From: Cyanobacteriota bacterium
GTDB lineage: Bacteria; Cyanobacteriota; Cyanobacteriia; Cyanobacteriales; Nostocaceae
NCBI GenBank assembly: GCA_046045965.1
Contig: JBJOKS010000007.1
Coordinates: 1 to 64,000 of the forward strand
DNA length: 64,000 nt
Reading direction: 5' to 3'
Numbering within the stretch: position 1 is the stretch's first letter; each line of letters starts with the position of its first letter. The notes under the pieces are model-generated. The model did not search any database, was not told where the DNA came from, and saw nothing but the letters and a program-made list of their open reading frames with translations. Of the stretch, positions 28,999 through 38,677 are shown piece after piece. Position numbers and translations under genes: made by a program.

Positions 28999-30675
28999 CT
29001 ACGATAAGAAAGCAACTTTACTAGCAATAGGCATTCTCCAACCAGTACCAAAAGCACGGTCAGTAATTTTCAATCCTGGGGGCGCTTGACGGCGTTTAAA
29101 TTCAGCAATAGAAACCAGTTTTAATACTCTATTTACTGTTACTTGATCATGACCTGCGTTAACTATTTCTGTTGCTGATTGATGTTTATTAATCAATCTT
29201 TCTAAAATATCATCTAAAATGTCATAAGCTGGCAAAGAATCTTGATCAACTTGACCGGGTTTTAATTCTGCACTTGGCGCTTTAGTGATGATATTTTGGG
29301 GAATAATCTCTTTTTGATAATGCTTATTTAACCAATTACAAAGAGAATAAACACGGGTTTTTGGTACATCTGCAATGACAGCTAAACCACCATTCATATC
29401 ACCGTAAAGGGTACAATAACCAACCGCCATTTCTGATTTATTACCAGTAGATAAAAGCAGATGACCAAATTTATTAGATATCCCCATTAATAAAGTACCA
29501 CGTATGCGAGATTGAATATTTTCTTCCGCAATCCCAAATTCTGTACCTGTGAATAATGCAGATAATGTATGATCAAAACCTTGCATTAATTCCCCAATAG
29601 GTAAGATTTGAGTTTTAATACCTAAATTCTCCGCTAATTTTAAAGCATCACTAACAGAATGTTCGGAACTATAAGGAGAAGGCATTAATACACCTAAAAC
29701 ATTTTCTTTACCTAATGCAGCAGTAGCAATAGCAGCAACTAAAGCTGAATCAACACCACCACTTAAACCTAAGACAACTTGAGAAAAGCGACATTTCTGC
29801 ACATAATCTCGCACACCTAAAACTAAAGCGTGCCAAATTTCCTCATCTTCTGATTCATAAACTGGGGAAACAGAATCTAACTGTAAATCTCGTGTTTGTT
29901 CGTTAAATTCAACAGTTAAAAAATCAGTCTCAAAACCTTTAGCACGAGAGATAATTTCACCTTGAATATTTACAGCAAAACTGCAACCATCAAAAATCAA
30001 ATCATCATTACCACCAACTTGATTAGTATAAATTACGGGTTGCTGAAAATTTACTGCACTATGTTTCAGCATTGCTTCCCGTAGCTTCTGCTTACCAACG
30101 GTGTAGGGTGATGCTGATAAATTTACAATCAAATCAACACCTAAAATTGATAAATCAGAAATGGGATTAACTGCATAATGGCGTTTTCCCCAAAATTCCT
30201 CATCATTCCATAAATCTTCGCAAATTGTCACCCCGATATTGATATCATCCAAAGCAAAATAGTTAGCTTGTAACCCTGGTTCAAAATAGCGATTTTCATC
30301 AAATACATCGTAAGTTGGTAAGAGTCGCTTGTGGAAATATTTTTGAATTTTTCCCGCTTCTAATAAAGCAATACTATTAAATAAAGTTTTACCACCTGTA
30401 ATATGAGCTTCTTTATTTTTAACAACAGTTCCTACTAAAACAGCTAAATTTGGTGGTAAGTCTTGAGCTAATTTTTTTAATGTGATATCCATTGATTTCA
30501 CAAAACTAGGATTTAATAATAAATCCCGTGGTGGATAACCACACAAAGAAAGTTCAGGTGTTAATAATAAACGAACATTATTTGCTGCTGCTTGCTGTGC
30601 AATTTCCAGGATTTTTTGAGCGTTTCCTGTTAAGTCACCGATAATAGGGTTAAGTTGAGAAATGGCTATTTTCAT
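28999..30675 (-). CDS. nadE: Glutamine-dependent NAD+ synthetase
   Basis: Nitrilase domain (PEL, K..LP.Y..FDE.RYF, ICEDLW) plus GLSGGVDS, ENIQSRIRG, PSAEL. Confidence 0.96.
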   Translation of the reverse strand: MKIAISQLNPIIGDLTGNAQKILEIAQQAAANNVRLLLTPELSLCGYPPRDLLLNPSFVKSMDITLKKLAQDLPPNLAVLVGTVVKNKEAHITGGKTLFNSIALLEAGKIQKYFHKRLLPTYDVFDENRYFEPGLQANYFALDDINIGVTICEDLWNDEEFWGKRHYAVNPISDLSILGVDLIVNLSASPYTVGKQKLREAMLKHSAVNFQQPVIYTNQVGGNDDLIFDGCSFAVNIQGEIISRAKGFETDFLTVEFNEQTRDLQLDSVSPVYESEDEEIWHALVLGVRDYVQKCRFSQVVLGLSGGVDSALVAAIATAALGKENVLGVLMPSPYSSEHSVSDALKLAENLGIKTQILPIGELMQGFDHTLSALFTGTEFGIAEENIQSRIRGTLLMGISNKFGHLLLSTGNKSEMAVGYCTLYGDMNGGLAVIADVPKTRVYSLCNWLNKHYQKEIIPQNIITKAPSAELKPGQVDQDSLPAYDILDDILERLINKHQSATEIVNAGHDQVTVNRVLKLVSIAEFKRRQAPPGLKITDRAFGTGWRMPIASKVAFLS

Positions 30676-30683
30676 AAAACAAG

Positions 30684-31430
30684 TTAAATAAAAACTAAAG
30701 GTTTATCCTTAAATGGTGCAAAAGCTTCCGCATCAAATTTATATAAACTCGCAGGACGACCTGCACCTCTTGATACTTTAATTCCTGTATCGGATAAAAA
30801 ACCAAGTTTTAATAAACGCGCTCGAAAATTTGAATAATCAGAAAAGTTTTCTCCTAAAACTGTGGTGTATAACTGATATAAATCATTGAGAGTAAACGTT
30901 TCTGGTAATACATCAAAAGCTACAGGGCTATATTCTAATTTATTTCTCAGTCTTCTGTGTCCATAGGTAATAATTTCATTATGGTCAAATGCTAATTGGG
31001 GTATTTGTTTAACTGGATACCAAGCAATTCCAGCGACTTTATCAGCAATTAATTCGGCTTCTTCAAACCGGACTAAGGCAAAATAACTAACTGATAAATA
31101 ACGTACTCCATAACTATCAGTTTTTTCTCGTGGATCACGATCTGGTCCACCAAAAGTATAGAGTTGTTCAAGATAAAGGTTATTAACTTTAATTTTTTCT
31201 GCCATAATGCGATAAGCCGCATCTTCTAAAGATTCTCCTTGACGCACCAAAGTACCGGGAAGACTCCAATAATTTAAAAAAGGTTCTTGCTGTCGCATTA
31301 CTAATAGCACTAACAGCCGATTTTGGGTAGTATCAACAGAAAAGATGACATTATCAACACCAACTTTAAAATCAGCTAATGGTTGTTGATTTGTAGGATT
31401 TGAATTTTTCTTATGGTTACGTAATGGCAT
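30684..31430 (-). CDS. nrtR: Nudix-related transcriptional regulator NrtR
   Basis: Degenerate Nudix, LEQLYTFG...RDPR, LAFDH, wHTH NFR...GRPA.LY; inside the NAD operon. Confidence 0.9.
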   Translation of the reverse strand: MPLRNHKKNSNPTNQQPLADFKVGVDNVIFSVDTTQNRLLVLLVMRQQEPFLNYWSLPGTLVRQGESLEDAAYRIMAEKIKVNNLYLEQLYTFGGPDRDPREKTDSYGVRYLSVSYFALVRFEEAELIADKVAGIAWYPVKQIPQLAFDHNEIITYGHRRLRNKLEYSPVAFDVLPETFTLNDLYQLYTTVLGENFSDYSNFRARLLKLGFLSDTGIKVSRGAGRPASLYKFDAEAFAPFKDKPLVFI

Positions 31431-31994
31431 TTAAACGTACAACTTCTCCCGATAAATGTAATCTATAACTGGTGGTGTGAGAGTATCGGTATCTTTTTGT
31501 TCACGAAAAGCTGTAGAGGAAACATCTAAACCAGTTAAACTAGCGATCGCAATTTTTCCTCCTAATTCCCTAATTCTCTCCAAACTATAATTATCTATTA
31601 CATAACCTGGGCGGGGAATTACCAGTAGTTGCACTTGTTTTAACAAATCTTCAATATGATACCACCGTGGTAATTGATTAACTAAATCAGCACCAATTAC
31701 TAAAGTATATCCAACATGATCACCCCATCTTAACTTTGCTTTTTCCAATGTTTCCAAAGTTCGCCAACTACTTAATTCTTGTTCTAAAGAAATATTATCT
31801 AATGGTGCTTGAATATCTGAAATTAACAGATTTAACATAGCTGCACGATGTTCTAAAGGAGTTTGTTGATCCTTAAAAGGATTATCAGCAGCCCAAACTG
31901 CTACCCAATTGTAATTTTGAGATAGCCATTTAATAATTTTTTGATGTCCCGCAGTTGGTGGATCTGCACTTGTTCCAAATAAGGCAATGTTCAT
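31431..31994 (-). CDS. nadD: Nicotinate-nucleotide adenylyltransferase
   Basis: FGTSADPPTAGH, IGAD, VSST. Confidence 0.9.
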   Translation of the reverse strand: MNIALFGTSADPPTAGHQKIIKWLSQNYNWVAVWAADNPFKDQQTPLEHRAAMLNLLISDIQAPLDNISLEQELSSWRTLETLEKAKLRWGDHVGYTLVIGADLVNQLPRWYHIEDLLKQVQLLVIPRPGYVIDNYSLERIRELGGKIAIASLTGLDVSSTAFREQKDTDTLTPPVIDYIYREKLYV

Positions 31995-32061
31995 AATTTT
32001 TGAGGAGTTCAGGAAATAGGTGACAGGTGACAGGTGAAAGTAATAAATTAATAATCCTGTT

Positions 32062-32091
32062 ATCTGTGTTCATCTGCGTTTATCTGCGTTC
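32062..32091. repeat. (ATCTGyGTTy)x3 10-nt triple repeat
   Basis: Starts 5 nt after the pncB stop; inverse copy at 23306-23335. Confidence 0.75.
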
Positions 32092-32095
32092 ATAA

Positions 32096-33472
32096 TTAGT
32101 GTTGTAATTTTGTCTTATCAGTTAAATTTTGCAACCTTTCCGAAATTTCCACATTTACAGAAACTGGATTTTCTAATCTTCTTGTTTCCTCTGGTAAACT
32201 CGTTACAGAAAACGCTGCTCTTGCTCTAATTGTTGTTAAACTTTCTGTTGGTTTGATCTGCTTACCTGCTTTCATTACTAACTCTAATAAAGGTTGTGCA
32301 TCTGTTGAATTTTCATCTACTAAACCTAATCTATCGTTTTGTATTTTCCCAGAGTTATAAAACCTAAAAATCTGTTTTTTACCAGGATAAGTAAACTTAC
32401 CACTAGATAATTTCATCACAGGAATACCATCAATATCGACTAATTTATAAACTCCATTCACAGGAGAACCTGTTACTAATTTTGTTCCTAAACCATAACC
32501 ATCAATTTCTGCACCTTGTGTTTTTAGTCTTTGTATTTCCCATTCGTCTAAGTCACCACTAGCGAAAATTGAAACTTCTGGTAGGAGCGATCGCACTTGT
32601 TTTGATAAACTAACTAAATCTCCAGAATCTAAACGTACTCCTGTTAATTCCATTTCCCCACTATTAACTTTTTTTGCCAACTGTTGAGCAGCCGCAACAG
32701 TATCAAAAGTATCTATCAATAACGGCGCACCCGGAAAATATTCATGAAAGGCAGTAAAAGCCTGTTGTTCACTTCCTTCTAAAGCTGATAACGCCATCAC
32801 TAAAGCGTGAGCCATTGTACCACTGGGTTTTTGGTCTAGCTGTAGTGCTGCTAACACATTGGAAGTGGCATCTAAACCACCCGCCAAAGCTGCCCTTGCA
32901 GCCCATAAAGAGGCTTGGGGACTAAAAGCTCTTCTTGTGCCAAATTCTAAAAGTGTGGCTTTTTTCCCCGCAATATCACGTAATCTAGCCGCCCTGGTAG
33001 CGATTAAAGTTTGATAATTGAGAGTATTTAAAAGATAAGTTTCTACTAACTGTGCTTGCCATAAAGGCGCTTCAATTCTTAAGAATGGCTCATTAGCAAA
33101 TACCGCAGTTCCTTCGGGGACTGCCCACACATCCCCAGTAAAACCACCCTCTGTTAATAATGACCAAAAACGCTCTGGTGCATGAGTAAAAATTCCCGTT
33201 CCTTGTAAAGCGGCAATTTGGGACGAATTGAACCGAAATTTAGCCAAATATTCCAAAGCTTGCGCCAAACCCATCGCTATTAAATAGCCAAAACCTTCAG
33301 GTAAACGCCTGACAAATAACTCAAAGCTGGCTTGTTTTTGTTCTATTCCTTCACCTGTATAACAAGCTGCCATTGTTAGCTGGTAAAGGTCTGTCAGCAA
33401 GCTATAATCTTCAGGACTCAGATTCAAGCCTGGGTTTTGGTAGCCATAGCCCACATCTATCAAAGTGGTCAT
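32096..33472 (-). CDS. pncB: Nicotinate phosphoribosyltransferase
   Basis: LLTDLYQLTM, EFGTRR, GTMAH, VRLDSGD, GVYKLV; likely ATG at 33472. Confidence 0.95.
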   Translation of the reverse strand: MTTLIDVGYGYQNPGLNLSPEDYSLLTDLYQLTMAACYTGEGIEQKQASFELFVRRLPEGFGYLIAMGLAQALEYLAKFRFNSSQIAALQGTGIFTHAPERFWSLLTEGGFTGDVWAVPEGTAVFANEPFLRIEAPLWQAQLVETYLLNTLNYQTLIATRAARLRDIAGKKATLLEFGTRRAFSPQASLWAARAALAGGLDATSNVLAALQLDQKPSGTMAHALVMALSALEGSEQQAFTAFHEYFPGAPLLIDTFDTVAAAQQLAKKVNSGEMELTGVRLDSGDLVSLSKQVRSLLPEVSIFASGDLDEWEIQRLKTQGAEIDGYGLGTKLVTGSPVNGVYKLVDIDGIPVMKLSSGKFTYPGKKQIFRFYNSGKIQNDRLGLVDENSTDAQPLLELVMKAGKQIKPTESLTTIRARAAFSVTSLPEETRRLENPVSVNVEISERLQNLTDKTKLQH

Positions 33473-33503
33473 ATAACTGTTTCCTAGCAAAATTGCTTAT
33501 CTC

Positions 33504-33526
33504 TTTATGGTAGCTTTTACCATAAA
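33504..33526. promoter_or_regulatory. NrtR operator
   Basis: TTTATGGTA-gcttt-TACCATAAA palindrome with GT-N7-AC core, about 32 bp upstream of pncB. Confidence 0.85.
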
Positions 33527-33846
33527 TAATGTCAAGTCTTTGCATGATTATGTCTGCAAGCCTTGCAAATCAAGGTAGTTTAATCTGTAAACACCTATTA
33601 TTTCATATTCTTTAATAGTAAAACAGAATAATTACCCCTAAAAAATCCCCTATTACTCCAAGATTAGTTACAATTAGAATCAAAGGCAAAAGTTTGAATG
33701 ATCAATTAAATAAAGTATTGCAAAGATATCTGAAAAATAATTGCAAAAACTGTCAATATATTACGAAGATGAGCAACTCATAAATATCAGCATTAAAGTA
33801 TAGATATCTTAGATAAATAAACGGCATAAAAAAGGAGTCTCAGGTT

Positions 33847-33999
33847 ATGGCTATCTCCAAAATGCTTGCTAGTATGACCCAATTTATTTCTGAAGCCTTC
33901 ATGCGAATTTTTAGCCCTACAGATGATGCTTATCCTGTGACTGGTTTTCAACCTTTTACGGGCATTCCTTATAAGAGACGTAACGCTGCATCTTGGTAG
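33847..33999 (+). CDS. atpT: Small protein, probable ATP synthase inhibitor AtpTheta (Norf1); not in ORF track
   Basis: MAISKMLASMTQFISEAFMRIFSPTDDAYPVTGFQPFTGIPYKRRNAASW*; AGGAG SD; IFSP..D.YP..G.QPF.G motif recalled for this family. Confidence 0.75.
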   Translation: MAISKMLASMTQFISEAFMRIFSPTDDAYPVTGFQPFTGIPYKRRNAASW

Positions 34000-34010
34000 A
34001 TTTTTCTCAG

Positions 34011-34098
34011 GAATCAGGAATCAGAAGTCAGAAGTCAGAAGTTCTTTAATTTTGACTTTTGACTTTTGACTTTTGACTTGATAAGTTCCCTGTTCCCT
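34011..34098. repeat. STRR heptamer cluster
   Basis: (TCAGAAG)n, (TTTTGAC)x4 and (GTTCCCT)x2 between convergent genes. Confidence 0.8.
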
Positions 34099-34099
34099 G

Positions 34100-35527
34100 C
34101 TACCTAGCAATATTTTCAAACATTGCCTTTTGTAGTAACCAATCTTTACCAACCTGGATACTAATATCAGAGCCGATATTACCAGTGCTTTCCACCCGCA
34201 CTTCTCCAAAACCTAAAGTGTTACGAATTGATTCAGCACTGTCGCTGTCACCTTGTTGAGCGACAATGTGAGTAGTTTCTAAAGGTTCACCCCAAGGTCG
34301 AGAGATAAATATATTACGATATCCTGCTTGTTCTAAGGCGGAAATTAAGGGACGAATTTCCGAGCGATCGCCTCCTGTGCTATCTTGAATTGCTACACGC
34401 AACCTAGCCGGGTCAATTATTTCCGGGTCAAATGATGCTGATTCTAAACCAAAGTTTTGAACCATTAATTTAGTAATGGCACGTTTATATGGTATCCAAT
34501 AACTAGCATCATACTCATTTTTCTCACTAAAACGACCAGGAAGCATTAACATCTGCATATTAGAGCGATTAGTCCGCGCCCCAAAACCGACTAATGCCAC
34601 AAGTTCCTCAACAGTCAAGTTGGTATCAATATTATCTTTAACAGTATCAAGAATTTCTGGTAATCGTGTTAATGTTGATGGATTGAGACTCTGTTCAATC
34701 AAGGCACGTAATACCATTTGCTGGCGCTGAATCCGTCCAATATCACCGAGTTCATCATGGCGAAAGCGGAGTAATTGTAGTGCTTGCTCGCCTCCCAGAT
34801 GCTGTTTACCTGCCTTTAAATTAATATATAAATGTTGGGAATCATCCTGATATTTCATATCTTTGGGAACATAGACAGTTACTCCACCCAAGGCATCAAT
34901 TAGCTTGGCAACTCCCAAGACATTAATACGAACATAACGATCAATTCCCACCCCACCCAAAAGATTGCTGACGGTTTTAGCAGTTAAAGCCGGACCTCCA
35001 TCGACATTGGTGGCGTTAATTTTTTTGATTCCATACCCTTCAACTTCTGTACGAGTATCTCTAGGAATGGAAAGCATGACTATTTTTTTTGTCTCTGGAT
35101 CAAATTTGATCAAGAGCATAACATCAGCAAGACCGTCAAAAGAATTGACCTGAGGTAGATACCTGAGTTCTTTGGTATCACTAGGTGGGTTCTGCACATC
35201 TGAAGACAGTACACTCATCCCCATAACCAAGATATTAACAGGGCGAGTTAATCGAGAAAATTGGAACCCATTGCCAGAAATGCGATCGCCATCAAAAACT
35301 GCTGCCTCCTTTGCACTTAACTCGGCTTGCTGCAAAGGCTTACTGTCCCAAGAAACAGCCAACAAAGCCCCTGCCATACCTGACACTATTGCAATCCCGC
35401 CCATACCCACAGCAAACCATAGCCAGCGCCCAGATTTTGACTGGCGAGAATTTTTGGCTTTGGCTTTGGCTTTGGCTTTGGCTTTAGCTGATTTATTATC
35501 TTCTGCTGATGTTCTTTGACTAGTCAC
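34100..35527 (-). CDS. LytR-CpsA-Psr (LCP) family protein with LytR C-terminal domain
   Basis: SIPRDT, KINA, RFRHDELGDIGRIQRQQ; one TM; likely GTG start at 35527. Confidence 0.92.
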   Translation of the reverse strand: MTSQRTSAEDNKSAKAKAKAKAKAKNSRQSKSGRWLWFAVGMGGIAIVSGMAGALLAVSWDSKPLQQAELSAKEAAVFDGDRISGNGFQFSRLTRPVNILVMGMSVLSSDVQNPPSDTKELRYLPQVNSFDGLADVMLLIKFDPETKKIVMLSIPRDTRTEVEGYGIKKINATNVDGGPALTAKTVSNLLGGVGIDRYVRINVLGVAKLIDALGGVTVYVPKDMKYQDDSQHLYINLKAGKQHLGGEQALQLLRFRHDELGDIGRIQRQQMVLRALIEQSLNPSTLTRLPEILDTVKDNIDTNLTVEELVALVGFGARTNRSNMQMLMLPGRFSEKNEYDASYWIPYKRAITKLMVQNFGLESASFDPEIIDPARLRVAIQDSTGGDRSEIRPLISALEQAGYRNIFISRPWGEPLETTHIVAQQGDSDSAESIRNTLGFGEVRVESTGNIGSDISIQVGKDWLLQKAMFENIAR

Positions 35528-35795
35528 AGATTCCCTCACACTGACTGATAAAATACCGTAAACTTGCAGACTCAATATATCTAGACAAATCAGACTATGA
35601 TAGATAAATATTAATAGTTCCTACCTAGTTACCTATCGTAGATACTACAGGACCCTTACCGCATTTCTCTTAATTTGTTGCTGATCCGGAGAAGTTGATG
35701 GAAGTATGGCAATAATAAACCAGTTGACCATATTCTTGGGCAGATTACCTGTAAATTTCTGCATTAATCCTAAAAATCTTCAAAACAGCACTATT

Positions 35796-36200
35796 TTAGT
35801 ATTTACGCAATATTCGCTCGGCAAAACTACTGAATCCTGGCAAACGGTAAGACCTACCTTGGATGACACGGAAAATTAACCAAACACTCACCAAAAAGTA
35901 ACCAGAAGTGAGAAAACTATTAAGAATTAACAAACGTAATGTAAAAAAATCTGAAGTAGCTGCCCCAGTTGCTAACAACAAGTAACCTAACATCCATGTA
36001 AAACCCAAGGTAATGGACAGACGACTGGCGGCAAGTTGTTCCCGACTACCCTGACGGCGATAGAGAGTCCAAAGAGAAGGAAAAAAGCCAATTACCGGAA
36101 TTAAGTATAAAAGCAGCAATCGTTTAGAGGTTGCAGTGTCTTCAGGATGGGAGTAATGATCAATTGGTGGTAGATTTTCCATTCTGGTTGGTCTGATCAT
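35796..36200 (-). CDS. Hypothetical membrane protein
   Basis: 3 TM helices; YLIPVIGF.PSLW. Confidence 0.75.
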   Translation of the reverse strand: MIRPTRMENLPPIDHYSHPEDTATSKRLLLLYLIPVIGFFPSLWTLYRRQGSREQLAASRLSITLGFTWMLGYLLLATGAATSDFFTLRLLILNSFLTSGYFLVSVWLIFRVIQGRSYRLPGFSSFAERILRKY

Positions 36201-36300
36201 AAACTAGAGGAAGGAATGAGATTCATATAGTTAGAGATAATAGTCTGTAAACAAGAATTTAGCTTAAGTTCTATTTAGTTCTATCCGCAATCAGCTGAAA

Positions 36301-37467
36301 ATGCAGACACGTAAGCTACTCGACTGGTGGCAAAAATTTACACCAGTAGCGCGTATCGGGGCGATCGCGCTACTCGCTCCCCTATTAGTTCTCAATGGTT
36401 GGGCGCTCTCGGCAATTTTCAATTATTTCCACTCTTTGATCGTAATTTTAGTCGGAGCCTCAGTGCTGGCATTTCTGCTCAACTACCCGGTGAGTTGGAT
36501 GGAACGCCAGGGTGCTAGACGAGAACAAGTTGCTATCTTAGTATTTTTATTAGCTTTATCGATTTTACTGGCGCTGGGTGTCACCCTCTTTCCTCTAGCC
36601 CTGACCCAAGCCCAGCAGTTAGTAGCCCGTTTACCAGAATTAATTGATTCTGGGCGATCGCAGTTAATGATTTTAAACGAAAAAGCCGAGATGATGGGCT
36701 TACCCATTAATCTGGATGCGATCGCAGTGCAGATTAATGATCGCGTCAAGAGTCAACTACAAGCTATAGCAGGACAAGTCTTAAATCTAGCTGTTGTCAC
36801 CTTTACCAGTCTGCTAGACTTTCTGCTGACGATGGTTTTAACCTTCTATCTATTGCAACATGGCGGTGAACTCTGGGAAAGCTTAGTAGAATGGCTCCCG
36901 ACTAAATTTCGTGACCCCTTTTCCAGAACAGTACGCCTGAGTTTTCAAAACTTCTTTATCACCCAGTTGATTTTATCTACCTGTATGGCCTCAGCCCTCA
37001 TTCCCACATTTTTGTGGTTAAAAGTGCCATTTGGGTTATTGTTTGGCTTAACTATCGGCATTATGGCGCTCATCCCCTTTGGCGGTTCTGTGGGTATCGC
37101 CATGACAACTTTTTTGGTTTCCCTACAAGATGTTTGGATGGGTGCTAGAGTCTTAGCCGCAGCAGTCATTGTGCAGCAAATTCTCGAAAATATCATTGCA
37201 CCCCGCATTTTAGGGAGTTTTACAGGTTTAAATCCCGTTTGGATACTAATTTCCGTCTTGACTGGGGCAAGAATTGGCGGACTTTTGGGCGTAATTGTCG
37301 CGGTTCCTTGTGCTGTTGTCATTAAGACAGTTATTAGCGCCATCCGTCCCCCGATCATCAGTGATCATACAGAAAATTCCTCATCTGGGGAAATAGCTGC
37401 ACCCATGACACCAGATGAATCTCCTGCATCGGAAATCAAAAACTCCCTCAGTGTTTCTCAGCCATAG
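36301..37467 (+). CDS. AI-2E (PerM) family transporter
   Basis: AFLLNYPV, LIPFG, EN.IAPRILG...GLNP, G.LG...AVP. Confidence 0.92.
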   Translation: MQTRKLLDWWQKFTPVARIGAIALLAPLLVLNGWALSAIFNYFHSLIVILVGASVLAFLLNYPVSWMERQGARREQVAILVFLLALSILLALGVTLFPLALTQAQQLVARLPELIDSGRSQLMILNEKAEMMGLPINLDAIAVQINDRVKSQLQAIAGQVLNLAVVTFTSLLDFLLTMVLTFYLLQHGGELWESLVEWLPTKFRDPFSRTVRLSFQNFFITQLILSTCMASALIPTFLWLKVPFGLLFGLTIGIMALIPFGGSVGIAMTTFLVSLQDVWMGARVLAAAVIVQQILENIIAPRILGSFTGLNPVWILISVLTGARIGGLLGVIVAVPCAVVIKTVISAIRPPIISDHTENSSSGEIAAPMTPDESPASEIKNSLSVSQP

Positions 37468-37473
37468 CAACAG

Positions 37474-37504
37474 CAGGGAACAGGGAACAGGGAACAGGGA
37501 ACAG
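37474..37504. repeat. STRR (AGGGAAC)x4
   Basis: Heptamer tandem repeat between convergent genes. Confidence 0.85.
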
Positions 37505-37538
37505 TTTTAGGGAGCATCTTCTGAGATATGCCTTACGC

Positions 37539-37928
37539 TTAATCATCCTCATACTCAGCCCAAGAATTGGGAGTTTCTGATACTGCCACCTTGAGTTTTA
37601 CATCCGCTGGTAATCGCTTTTTAGTTTCATCATAAATATATTTAGCGATCATCTCAGCAGTTGTTTCATATTCAGGTGGCAAAACTTCATTAAGTAGACA
37701 GTGATCTAGTCCTCCTTGGGTGACATCTTTTTTAGCCCAACGTAAACTTCTAAAATCAGCAACCATCACAGGATGGGGACAGTATTCTGAAGAATGCAAC
37801 TGTGATGATTTTGCTTCGATTTTTACCTTATAAGTGTGACCGTGCATTCTCCCACAAGGTCCGTTATAGTCTTTTATGTAGTGGGCGCTATCAAATGTGA
37901 ATTCTGTTAATAATTTCCATCTGGGCAT
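37539..37928 (-). CDS. queD: 6-carboxytetrahydropterin synthase
   Basis: FDSAH, CGRMHGHTY, LDH..LN, TAE, SETP; likely start MPRWKL. Confidence 0.88.
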   Translation of the reverse strand: MPRWKLLTEFTFDSAHYIKDYNGPCGRMHGHTYKVKIEAKSSQLHSSEYCPHPVMVADFRSLRWAKKDVTQGGLDHCLLNEVLPPEYETTAEMIAKYIYDETKKRLPADVKLKVAVSETPNSWAEYEDD

Positions 37929-38156
37929 CTTGATTTCACTTCCTAGTTTATATTCCTGATGCAAACAAATATTCTGACTCCTGACTCCTGAATTCTTAGC
38001 TTTCCTCTAAGACATCTTGAGCATATTTTTGGTAGCTTGCACCTAAAAACATACCACTGCTGGAAAAAGGACTTTTACCACAATCCTATTTTAACCTACA
38101 TTCCGCTGGTGCTTTTAGATGGTTTCTGAGGACGGTCTACTACTTCCTCTAAGATA

Positions 38157-38278
38157 CAAGGAAGGTTGGCGTTAAAAATTGTCGTTATGACAGGCAAGAG
38201 ACAAAAGGCAAAAGGGAAGAGGGTTTTGGCGATTTTACTTTTTGTTATATACTTAGGTTTTTTCCGCCGACTTACTTA
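38157..38278. mobile_element. Degenerate TAAGTA-type MITE
   Basis: Right end CCGCCGACTTACTTA; eroded left end AAGGAAGGTTGGCG; internal heptamers. Confidence 0.45.
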
Positions 38279-38677
38279 GTGTAAAATTCGTGACTTAAAT
38301 GCCAGAGTTCTTGACCAAAAATAAATAAATTTGCCAAAATTAGATTATATTTTTATTTACAATCTAGTCATTTTTACAGTCCCGTCGGGGATATTGAGTA
38401 TTGTAAAACTTCGCCAATTAGAAGTGGAAGCAGACTTGTCTAGATTTTATATAGCAGTGAAAACGATATATTAGAAAATATTAGGAATTTACACAAAAGA
38501 CCAAACTTAACCAAAAACCACCTGTTACAGAAACACAATTTCCCAGAAAACACGGAAGTAAATTTTTATACCAATTTACCAAAAGTTTATGGTTGACCTT
38601 TTCCACCTTTTAGAAATCACAGAATCTAAATATCAGGAGCCATAGGAGCCATATTGTTGCAGTAAAGAATAACAGAT

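Noticed and set aside
33660..33780. RpaB HLR1 site upstream of atpT
   Set aside because: Only one good half-site (GTTACAAT at 33667), with no properly spaced partner.
34021..34209. 62-aa ORF ending KSQKSKVK
   Set aside because: Read-through of STRR heptamers overlapping the LCP 3' end.
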